A stretch of 23,647 nt of DNA, taken from contig JAWBKB010000020.1 in assembly GCA_038831915.1 (NCBI GenBank), positions 1-23,647 on the forward strand, read 5' to 3'. A model generated the notes under the pieces. The model ran no database searches. It was not told where the DNA came from and saw only the letters and a list, made by a program, of their open reading frames with translations. The position numbers and the translations under genes are program-made. Below are positions 9,466 to 17,583 of this stretch, piece by piece. Position 1 is the stretch's first letter, and every line of letters begins with the position of its first letter. Source of the stretch: Candidatus Caldarchaeum sp. GTDB lineage: Archaea; Thermoproteota; Nitrososphaeria_A; Caldarchaeales; Caldarchaeaceae.

Positions 9466-9731
9466 TTAAAGTCTCGCTGTCTTACGCTGGCTGTGTGCTA
9501 ACAGGTATTCTCTGAGGGCTACAGCGTTGTTGTGCTCGACATCTTTCGCAGAGAAAAGAAGCGTTACGGTTCCATATGTTTTTTCTTTCTCTAGGATTGC
9601 TTCAACCAGCTGTTTTTACCATCCAATTCCCTGAAGTAGCGGTCTTTGAAAACGGGCCATCTTTCGGGACTGTGTCCAAACCATTTCCTCAACGAGTCCG
9701 TTGGAGCTATTTCCTTCAGCCAAAGGTCTAT
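9466..9731 (-). pseudogene. DUF488 (YeaO-like) protein remnant, 5'-truncated and frameshifted
   Basis: Not in the ORF track. Minus strand reads [39 protein letters not shown], then a frameshift at the T5 run 9613-9617, then [38 protein letters not shown]...* (TAA 9468-9466). Confidence 0.85.
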
Positions 9732-10548
9732 CACAAATCATCGAGAGGATTTGGAGTGTCTATAATATTAGACTACCGCCTACTACTGCTTATGGATGGA
9801 TTACTAAAAGACACACCCTCTATAACGGCATTAGACTGTTATCTCTTAAACCATCCAAGGAGTTAGCTTATATAATTGGAGCTGTTGTTGGCGATGGCTA
9901 TGTCTACCGTTATCAACGTCACGAAAAACACTCCACAGAGTTTCGAATAGGAATACACGTTAAAGATGTTGATTTTGCCAGTGAATTCTCACGTTGTCTA
10001 AGCGAAGTCCTTAAAAGAAGACCACCAAATCCATTCCCTACTGTCCATGGACTTTTCACTGTTCAGGTTCAGTCGAAAACACTTTATGAACTACTAAAAA
10101 ACCTTTTAATTGGAGACGAATCAGAAAATCCATCGAACACTGCGACCAATGTAAACAAGCATTCCTCAGAGGTGTATTTGACAGTGAAGGCTGGGTAACG
10201 TTATATCATGGTGTATCCGTGTGTAACACCGATATAACATTAATCAAGTACGTCCAAAACCTGATGAATACATTAGGCATACCAACATCTGGTCCATACT
10301 TGTGTAGAAATCGCGGAAAATCTTTTATCTCTCCTACAAATGGAAGAACCTACCAAAGGAAAAAGGACTACTATGTGCTCACAATGAGTTCAAAGGCCAA
10401 TCTGACATACTACAAAAAAGTCGGGTTCAGCATCAACAGAAAGCAACGTAAACTTGAAGAATACCTAATAAAACGACCGGCTTATGGAGGCCTCCAGCTA
10501 ACTCTCCCCTCTCTATTCCCTATTTTAAAGTCTGTTTTAGGATACTAA
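9722..10548 (+). pseudogene. Free-standing two-motif LAGLIDADG endonuclease-like gene with N-terminal HTH-like segment; 5'-truncated, -1 frameshift at 10096-10102
   Basis: Motif 1 ELAYIIGAVVGDG. After a -1 shift at CTA AAA AAC the frame reads KKPFNWRRIRKSIEHCDQCKQAFLRGVFDSEG (motif 2) and joins ORF 10219-10548 (NTD..LI..V..L...LGI; YYKKVGFSINRKQRKL). Visibly more AT-rich than its neighbours. Confidence 0.85.
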
Positions 10549-10626
10549 GTTTTATCCATACGTTCTATGACGGAGGTTTCAGGGCAACTGGGTTTTCGCT
10601 TTTTGCAACAGTAGCGTGTTTAATGA

Positions 10627-11961
10627 TTATTTAACACTTGTTGTGAAGTTTACTTTTTCAACAACCGCCGCAGGGGCATAGGTTGGCAAGGTTATTTCCC
10701 ACGTCCTGATCCAGTAGGCTTCGCTGCTTAGAGCTCTGATTCCTTTGAGGATGTTGACGATGTTGTCGCTGAGTCGGAGGCCTTTGAGGGGTTTTTCGAC
10801 GCCGCCGTTTTTGATGAGGAAGAGGCCGTCGCGTGGTATCGTTGAGAATTCACCTGTGCGGTAGTTTTGGTATCGGAGGTACCAGTCGTTGGTTATCCAT
10901 ATGCCGTTGTCGATTGATGAAATGAGTTTGTCGAATGGTTTGTCCCCGGGTTTGCAGACGAGGTTGAAGGGATGTGGGACTATTAGGCCTGCGTTGGCGG
11001 TGGATGACGTGTTGAATTTCTTGGCCGTGGTGCTGTTGTGAAGATAGGTTTTAAGTATTCCATCTTCGAATATAATGTTTCGCCTTGTCGGAAGTCCTTC
11101 GTCGTCGAACGGTGTCGCGCCATACGTGCCTTTCAGCGTGGGGTCGTCGTAAAGGCTGAAAACCTTCGAGGCGGCTTCTTGACCGAGAAGCCCCGTGAGA
11201 AACGACATTTCACCATCCACGTAAAAAGCCGAAGCCCATGAACCAACCTGCTCAAGCAAATGTGCAAACGTCATAAATCCAAGCAAACCTTCATACACTC
11301 CTGCTTCACCTTCTACGGGGTTCAAAGCCATCTTCGCAATTTCTCCTGCTTTAGCCCCCGCCTGCCTCGGGTTAAACTCCTTCGGGTCGCCTGCCACCGA
11401 AACAAAATGGCCCGTGGCATCGTCAGCCGCGAAAGCACGCACCGATATTTCAAGGCCCATCGACGACGCGGTCGCTTCCACATCGGCGTTGGTGAAAAGA
11501 CGTGTTCTTCCACGGCTGTAGACAAGGCTCCCCGCTACACGTGTTGCACCGTTCTCCAAACCGCTGTTCACAGCTTCCTCAACGTAGCCCACCAACATGT
11601 CCGAGGTAACATCGTCGGAAACGGGTTTGAGAAGCTCCTTGCTGTATTTAAAAGGACCTTCTGGAAGCGGGGCGTAGACATCGGGCTGGGGAGCGGATTT
11701 AGCCGTCGCCACCACGTTTTTGACAAGTTCGTCGAGAGATTTCGGCGAAACATCGGTGGTGCTCTGAAGAGCTCGGCGTCCCTTAACGCTGACATAGGCC
11801 TCTATCGCCGTCGTCGAGCCGTTCTTAGAAACTGTGATGCGGTTGTTGGAAAACCGAATCATCTGCCACATGTTTTCATGGCTTGAAACAACAACGTCCG
11901 AAGCTCCAAGCCTTTCAGCGGCCTTCACAATCTTCCTCAACAAAACAGCATTTATCTTCAA
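10627..11961 (-). CDS. pmbA: TldD/PmbA family protein, PmbA/TldE type (no HExxxH)
   Basis: IRFSNNRIT, SLYDDPT, PFDDEGLPT, EDGILKTYLHN..TA, STANAG, TGEFS, LIKNG..EKPLKGLRLSDN. Confidence 0.9.
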   Translation of the reverse strand: MKINAVLLRKIVKAAERLGASDVVVSSHENMWQMIRFSNNRITVSKNGSTTAIEAYVSVKGRRALQSTTDVSPKSLDELVKNVVATAKSAPQPDVYAPLPEGPFKYSKELLKPVSDDVTSDMLVGYVEEAVNSGLENGATRVAGSLVYSRGRTRLFTNADVEATASSMGLEISVRAFAADDATGHFVSVAGDPKEFNPRQAGAKAGEIAKMALNPVEGEAGVYEGLLGFMTFAHLLEQVGSWASAFYVDGEMSFLTGLLGQEAASKVFSLYDDPTLKGTYGATPFDDEGLPTRRNIIFEDGILKTYLHNSTTAKKFNTSSTANAGLIVPHPFNLVCKPGDKPFDKLISSIDNGIWITNDWYLRYQNYRTGEFSTIPRDGLFLIKNGGVEKPLKGLRLSDNIVNILKGIRALSSEAYWIRTWEITLPTYAPAAVVEKVNFTTSVK

Positions 11962-12046
11962 ACTGTTTTTTCATGTCGAAGCCGCTAAATTAATCTATCC
12001 ACCCGCCTGCATAACTATTTTTCCTGGGCAAACATCTTTTCAGCGG

Positions 12047-13549
12047 TTGTTTTCACTCGAATCAATCATCGCCGACAAAAAAATCCGCGCAGACGTAAAG
12101 GCGTTGCTGTATTTACCGTCCAAAAAAACACCCGAATACTTAGTTCTGCTTTCCAAGCTTCGTCAAGGCGTTAAAGTTGAGAGAAATGAACGTTTTAGAA
12201 TCTATTTTGTCGATAAATCGGTTTTAGTCGAAGATGTTGTTCTCGGCTCGTATGCGGAGGTTCTTGCGAGCCGGCTGTTGCTGAGGCATGAGGTTTTGAA
12301 GGGCGAAGAACTCGTCCACACGCTGTCGAAAACCTATCGGCGAGAAGTCGTGACGCAGCTTCTCCGGGATTTAGTGGTTGAACACAAGTACGCGGCCGTC
12401 AACCTGGTCATCGAACCCCGGTATTTTCTCCATGAAAAAGTAAGAAGACTTGTGGAAGTTTTTCCCGTGATTCGAAGCGATTTGGTTGAAGCTTTAGCCG
12501 ATGACCATGAATCGGCGGAGAAATTCCGCGAAACCGCTCAGGAATTCGTTAAAGAAGGTTTGCTGGAATCGGTTGAAGTCGGTTTTTCACCCACTGCCGA
12601 AGCCGTGAAACGGTTTGAAAAATCCTCACCTCTTCCAGGGTTGGAGCAGCTTCGGAAACTTAACCTCCTCAAAATATCGAGAGCTTTTTCTCTTCTGGTG
12701 TTTGAAATGGCTTCTCGTCTCGTTTCACCCGCCGCAGGCCTCCAAGACCCTGAACGGTTTGTTTACGTGCGGACGGCTGTCGGGCTTCAGCCTTTGTCGA
12801 AGCAGTTGGACATGATGGAGTTTGTCCGCGAGTTTTATGGCAGCGAAGGCCGTGTGAAGCGAATCGGCGGCCTGTTCAACTCGACTTATGTTATCGAAGT
12901 GGACTCGGTTAAGCTTTTTGCGAAACGTTACCAGAGCTGGACGGATGTGAAATGGGTTGCGGCACGAGTATGGACCGCGTGGGTGAAAGATTTCTCCATA
13001 GACCCATCGACGCGGATGGCGAAGGAAATCTATTTTCTCGACCTTTTCCGCAAACGTGAATTCAACACCCCTGAAATAATTCATGTCAATTGGCGGGACA
13101 AAATTCTCTACACTTCGTACATCGAAGGCGTGAATTTGGTTGATGCGTGGGTTGAGAAGATGGCTGACCGCGAATCTTTTGCTCGAATGGTTGGGGAAAC
13201 GTTGGCTGATGTTCATTCCGCGGGCATTAGGCTGGGTGACTGCAAGCCCGAATCATTCATCAAAACCGTGGAAAACAAAATATTCATCACGGATGTGGAG
13301 CAGGCGTCGTTTGACGGCGACCCGGCGTGGGATTTGATGGAGCTGATATTTTATCCAGGCCATTATCTTGATGTTGATGATTCGGTGAAGCTGGCGGAAA
13401 ACGTTGTGGAAGGCTATGTTCGGCGTGGTAGTCTTGATGTGGTGAGGAAAGCCTTGCGACCGAGTTATGTGAGGACGATGTCTCTTTGGACACCGCCCTG
13501 GGTTCAGAAGGCCATCATAGACCGTGTCAAGCAGTTTCTAACAGTTTGA
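12047..13549 (+). CDS. Atypical kinase (Bud32/RIO/Kdo-kinase-like C-terminal domain) with a large uncharacterised N-terminal region
   Basis: IGGLFNSTY (Gly loop), LFAKRY (VAIK-like Lys), KEIYFL, TPEII, YIEG, VHSAGIRLGDCKPES (catalytic loop), ITDVEQA, AWDLMELIFY. Start inferred at TTG 12047 because the longer ORF from 11834 overlaps pmbA head-to-head. Confidence 0.75.
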   Translation: MFSLESIIADKKIRADVKALLYLPSKKTPEYLVLLSKLRQGVKVERNERFRIYFVDKSVLVEDVVLGSYAEVLASRLLLRHEVLKGEELVHTLSKTYRREVVTQLLRDLVVEHKYAAVNLVIEPRYFLHEKVRRLVEVFPVIRSDLVEALADDHESAEKFRETAQEFVKEGLLESVEVGFSPTAEAVKRFEKSSPLPGLEQLRKLNLLKISRAFSLLVFEMASRLVSPAAGLQDPERFVYVRTAVGLQPLSKQLDMMEFVREFYGSEGRVKRIGGLFNSTYVIEVDSVKLFAKRYQSWTDVKWVAARVWTAWVKDFSIDPSTRMAKEIYFLDLFRKREFNTPEIIHVNWRDKILYTSYIEGVNLVDAWVEKMADRESFARMVGETLADVHSAGIRLGDCKPESFIKTVENKIFITDVEQASFDGDPAWDLMELIFYPGHYLDVDDSVKLAENVVEGYVRRGSLDVVRKALRPSYVRTMSLWTPPWVQKAIIDRVKQFLTV

Positions 13550-14552
13550 CGTATTCCATTCCCGCGGTTTTCACCGAGCCGATCAGCAACGTCATGTATA
13601 CACGGTTTTCGACAAAATCACGGGTTTGCTCGAGCTTGCCATACGCCTCCACTATGTCTCCTTCTTTGAACAGGCCTGCGAAAGTCGTGTCATAGCAGAC
13701 GAGCTTCTTGACAACGCCTTCGTCGAGGTCTTCCACGTCGTATGAAGCCGGTGTGAACACCCCTTCAGTGGAGTCGATTATTTTGAGGGTTTTTCGGGCT
13801 GTGCCGGCGAATTTGCTGGCGACCGAGCCGTATTGCTTCGTGTTTTCGGCTAGTGTTTTGACGGCGTGTATCGAGTAGGGTATTCCCTCGAAGAAGCCCC
13901 GTGTATGACATCTTTCCGCGAGCTTCGTGGCTTCTTGCTCCGTTATCGGATATTTCGCCATGTAGTTTTTGGTGAGTGTTGAAATTGTTGCGGCTCGGTC
14001 TTCTCGAGTCTGCAAGGCCATGGATGCTTGGACGACTTTGCGGAAATTTGTTCCACCATAGACTACTAAGTCGATGTCCGCCACTGGGTTGTAAAGCTTG
14101 AGAAGAAGCGAGCCCGAAATACCGAAAAACGTATCCACGACATTTGATTCATATGCGAGTTTTTTGACAAGCTCTACACATGTTTGCTCAAATCTGTGCC
14201 GTGGTTTGTTCATCATGTTTTGAAGCCCTTCTTCGCATCGGTGATGTTTCCAGACTTTTTCAACCGGGACGTAGATGAATTCGTCGTCGATGAACGGGTC
14301 GCGGTAGATGAATTCGGGCCTTACGCGGCGGACTGTTTCAAGCATCTGTGAGATTTCACGCATGGAATAGCTGGCTAAAACACGTCTGTAACGTACAGCG
14401 CCCCGCGTCCAAACCCCATCACCGGGCAAATACTTCAAATAAGATAGAATACGGCCCGGAGGATGAACGTTCGACACGACGCCGAAAATCCATCCATCGC
14501 TTGTCTCGACAAAATCATGGTCGAGATAAACGTATTGATTGTTGCGAATCAT
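13527..14552 (-). CDS. Pol-beta-superfamily nucleotidyltransferase, COG1665-like, paralog 2
   Basis: DFVETSDGWIFGV...HPPGRILSYLKY; FGISGSLLL...VADIDLVVYG (GS + DxD); C-terminal OB-like EGDIVEAYGKLE. Confidence 0.8.
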   Translation of the reverse strand: MIRNNQYVYLDHDFVETSDGWIFGVVSNVHPPGRILSYLKYLPGDGVWTRGAVRYRRVLASYSMREISQMLETVRRVRPEFIYRDPFIDDEFIYVPVEKVWKHHRCEEGLQNMMNKPRHRFEQTCVELVKKLAYESNVVDTFFGISGSLLLKLYNPVADIDLVVYGGTNFRKVVQASMALQTREDRAATISTLTKNYMAKYPITEQEATKLAERCHTRGFFEGIPYSIHAVKTLAENTKQYGSVASKFAGTARKTLKIIDSTEGVFTPASYDVEDLDEGVVKKLVCYDTTFAGLFKEGDIVEAYGKLEQTRDFVENRVYMTLLIGSVKTAGMEYVKLLETA

Positions 14553-15459
14553 CGTTTTTCACCGGTAGAATGTAATCATCCACACCGATACCAACGTTAA
14601 TCCTATGATATAGACGTCCCCGTTTCACCACCTTCTCCAGCATCCCGCCTATCAAAAGCTTCTCACCCCGAAACCCCATTTCCGCAAACCTGCTTCGAAA
14701 AGAAACAACTTCAGCAATTTCAGGGCCTTCGCCGATGTTCTTCACACCATATCGTGCGGGTGTGTAGAAAACCTCTGAATCATCGACTATTTCGACGACC
14801 GTTTCAAAATATCTTTCCGGCGTTATGCGTGTTTCACTCCATGTTTCCCAGAAAGTTTTGGGAATTATTTTCATGGTGTAGAGGTGGCCGGCGTACGTGC
14901 CGGTCAAAATTTTTCTCTGTTCTGTTTCGATCGCTGGAAAGGCTTTCGGTGTGTCTGTTCTGCTTTCGGCAAGCAGGTTGATGACTTCTGGGTTCACGGG
15001 TTGGAGCACTCCCTGTTCACGGAGCTGTTTCACCGCTCGGTACTGTTTTTCGCCGCCGTAGACCACGATGTCGATATCTGATTTTTCATCAGCTGTTCCG
15101 AGGAGAAGAGAGCCGGTGAACCCGAAATCTATCCCCATCTCATCGAGAACCCGCGCTAACAGATGTGCTGTTTCAACAAGTTTTTCAGGGCCTTTAGCGG
15201 TTTTCGCTGGAAAGATGACCTGCTTGATGGAATTCCGGGGAACGGCTATGACCGTTCTTCCAAGATAGGGGTCGTCGAACACGTAAATCGGGTTCTTTTC
15301 GGCAACCAGCTTAAACCCTTCAAGGTAATGTTTGACTTTCACACCGCCGATTTGTCTCGGAAAAGCATAGACACGTCCCGGAGGATGAACAAGGCCCTTG
15401 ACAGCGTAAACGTCGCCCGACGTGTCGACGAAATAACAGCCTTCAACCAGCTCACGCAT
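14515..15459 (-). CDS. Pol-beta-superfamily nucleotidyltransferase, COG1665-like, paralog 1
   Basis: EGCYFVDTSGDVYAVKGLVHPPGRVYAFPR; FGFTGSLLLG...KSDIDIVVYG; FYTPARY; RGEKLLIGGMLEKV. Start placed at ATG 15459 because a TATA-like TTTATCAA lies ~25-32 bp upstream. Confidence 0.8.
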   Translation of the reverse strand: MRELVEGCYFVDTSGDVYAVKGLVHPPGRVYAFPRQIGGVKVKHYLEGFKLVAEKNPIYVFDDPYLGRTVIAVPRNSIKQVIFPAKTAKGPEKLVETAHLLARVLDEMGIDFGFTGSLLLGTADEKSDIDIVVYGGEKQYRAVKQLREQGVLQPVNPEVINLLAESRTDTPKAFPAIETEQRKILTGTYAGHLYTMKIIPKTFWETWSETRITPERYFETVVEIVDDSEVFYTPARYGVKNIGEGPEIAEVVSFRSRFAEMGFRGEKLLIGGMLEKVVKRGRLYHRINVGIGVDDYILPVKNDDSQQSIRLSRP

Positions 15460-15603
15460 CCCCAAAGACGACCTGCACCCGCTTTGATAAATCCGACCGA
15501 CGGAAAAAATATGACCGAAAGAAACAGAATTACGGAGTTTCTGCATCATTTCGTTAAAGTAAATACATAACCTAAAAAACCAACGAATTCATTATTAGTA
15601 TTG

Positions 15604-16161
15604 ATGAAGACCTTCACAGACGAACATATCGAATTCATTTTCTTAGGACGGGGAGGGCAGGGAGTCGTAACAGCCAGCCGCGTGCTGGCCGAAGCCGCCC
15701 TCCTCGAAAACAAATACGTACAGTCATTTCCCGAATTCGGGCCCGAAAGGTCGGGCGCTCCCGTCAAAGCATACGCAAGAATCGCCCCCGCTCCGATTGA
15801 GATTCGGGCCCCCGTGGAAAAAGCCGACATCAGCGTTTTCTTCGAAAGCCGTTTGACTCAGGTCTTCAAACCCGGTGACATCACACAACCAAACGGAGTG
15901 GTTGTGATGAGTTGTAGAGAACCGTCGAAAATTTCAGTCGGCGACGGTTTCCAAGTCTTCACCTTAGACGCCCAAGAAATCATAACTTTTCTGAAAAGAC
16001 CCTTAGCGCTGAACATGGTGATGCTTGGAGCTGTCGCTTCTGCAACAAAAGTGGTTTCACTGGATTCGCTGAAAACAGTGGTGGGTAAGAAATTCAGCCC
16101 CATAGACCTTCAAGCCCTTGAACAAGGATATGTGAAGGTGGTGAAACATGAATCAGCATAG
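15604..16161 (+). CDS. porC: Pyruvate/2-ketoisovalerate:ferredoxin oxidoreductase gamma subunit
   Basis: GRGGQGVVTAS, QSFPEFGPERSGAPV.AY.RI, NMVMLGA. Confidence 0.93.
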   Translation: MKTFTDEHIEFIFLGRGGQGVVTASRVLAEAALLENKYVQSFPEFGPERSGAPVKAYARIAPAPIEIRAPVEKADISVFFESRLTQVFKPGDITQPNGVVVMSCREPSKISVGDGFQVFTLDAQEIITFLKRPLALNMVMLGAVASATKVVSLDSLKTVVGKKFSPIDLQALEQGYVKVVKHESA

Positions 16162-16411
16162 CGTATCGATATACATAACGGTTCCCGGCTCCGCGGCTCA
16201 AAGAGACATGAGCGGGTGGCGAAGCAAAAAACCAGTCATCGACTACAGCCGATGCACCAACTGCCTTATCTGCTGGATATACTGCCCCGAGCCAGCCATA
16301 CTACGGGACGAAAAAGGCAAAGTCATCATCGACTACATGCACTGCAAGGGCTGCTGCATCTGCGCCGTCGAATGCCCGCGAAAATGTATCGACATGGTGG
16401 GTGAGCTGTGA
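16148..16411 (+). CDS. porD: 2-oxoacid:ferredoxin oxidoreductase delta subunit (2x[4Fe-4S])
   Basis: GWRSKKPVID..RCTNCLICWIYCPE...IDY.HCKGCCICAVECP. Confidence 0.93.
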   Translation: MNQHSVSIYITVPGSAAQRDMSGWRSKKPVIDYSRCTNCLICWIYCPEPAILRDEKGKVIIDYMHCKGCCICAVECPRKCIDMVGEL

Positions 16412-17583
16412 TGCTGCGGCAGAAACTTCTCCAACTCATGTCCGGGAATGACGCCATCGCGTACGCGGTGATGCAGTCAGATGTCGACGTGGTAGCCGCA
16501 TATCCAATCACACCCCAAACAGTCATAGTCGAAAGACTGAGCGAATACATCGCCGGTGGAAAACTCGACGCCGAATTCGTCCCCGTTGAATCAGAGCATT
16601 CAGCTCTGTCGGTTTGTGTGGGTGCTTCGATGGCTGGTGCACGTGTTTTCACCGCGTCAGCCAGTCAAGGACTCGCCCTCATGCATGAAATGCTATACAT
16701 AGCGTCTGGTCTCCGCTGCCCGATTGTGATGGCTGTGGCGAACAGGGCTCTGTCGGCTCCCATCAACATTCACGGAGACCACAGCGACATAATGGGTTCA
16801 AGGGACAGCGGATGGATACAGATTTTCGCCGAAAACCCGCAGGAAGCATACGACTTCACAGTAATGGCCTATAGGTTGGCGGAAAACCCGAACGTCTTAC
16901 TGCCCGTCGCGGTCAATATTGATGGATTCACGGTTTCCCACTGCTACGAAGGCGTGCGAGTGCTCGAAACAGAGGAAGTCAGGTCTTATTTGCCGCGCGT
17001 CCCCCGTCCTCGACTCGACGCCGAAACACCGATGACCGTGGGAGCCATGTTCTCCCCAGACTACTACCACATGGTAAAAACCGAGCAAGTGAAAATCCTC
17101 AACCAATCCATCAAATATTTCAGAGAAGCTGCTCAGGCTTTTCCATCCCGGGAATCTCATTACGACGTCATGCAAGTGTTGAACCCGGGTTCTTCTGTGA
17201 TGGTTGTCGGGTTGGGAGGCGTGATGGGGACGTTCAGACACGTTGCGAGAAAAATGAACGTCGGAGTGGTTAGCTTGAAGCTGTTCCGCCCGTTTCCAGC
17301 CGAAGACCTGATACATCAGCTCGAAAACGCCGACCTCGTCATAGCTGTCGACAGAGCGTATTCGCCGGGGGCGCCCTCACCACCGCTCGCAACAGACATC
17401 AAAACAATCCTTCACGACAACGCCATCAACACACCTGTCTGGAGCATAGTCGCGGGCCTCGGCGGCCACGAAGTCAAAGTCAGCACCGTCAAAAAACTTC
17501 TCGAAGACGCCGTCGAAGTAGCCAAACACGGCGTCAAAACACCTATCCAGAAATACATCACAGAGGAGGTGGTGATACCATGA
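16411..17583 (+). CDS. porA: 2-oxoacid:ferredoxin oxidoreductase alpha subunit
   Basis: SGNDAIA, AAYPITPQT, VESEHSA, TASASQGLALMHE, NRALSAPINIHGDHSD, FRPFP, GLGG. Confidence 0.95.
   Translation: MLRQKLLQLMSGNDAIAYAVMQSDVDVVAAYPITPQTVIVERLSEYIAGGKLDAEFVPVESEHSALSVCVGASMAGARVFTASASQGLALMHEMLYIASGLRCPIVMAVANRALSAPINIHGDHSDIMGSRDSGWIQIFAENPQEAYDFTVMAYRLAENPNVLLPVAVNIDGFTVSHCYEGVRVLETEEVRSYLPRVPRPRLDAETPMTVGAMFSPDYYHMVKTEQVKILNQSIKYFREAAQAFPSRESHYDVMQVLNPGSSVMVVGLGGVMGTFRHVARKMNVGVVSLKLFRPFPAEDLIHQLENADLVIAVDRAYSPGAPSPPLATDIKTILHDNAINTPVWSIVAGLGGHEVKVSTVKKLLEDAVEVAKHGVKTPIQKYITEEVVIP

Noticed and set aside
9490-9560. Plus-strand EGYSVVVLDIF resembling an SDR/epimerase N-terminus
   Set aside because: It is the antisense of the much better DUF488 match (SAKDVEHNNAVALREYL); no GxxGxxG motif and an in-frame stop precedes it.
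9576-9866. 96-aa plus-strand ORF
   Set aside because: Antisense of DUF488 plus an off-frame reading of the LAGLIDADG gene.
11260-11886. 208-aa antisense ORF in pmbA, and similar shadow ORFs inside atpI, ttrA, por and cytX
   Set aside because: No recognisable motifs, fully nested in well-supported genes, expected at ~50% GC.
11834-12046. N-terminal extension of the kinase ORF
   Set aside because: Overlaps pmbA head-to-head and covers the presumed divergent promoters. Extensions at 15460-15549, 21403-21585 and 21490-21525 were rejected on similar grounds.
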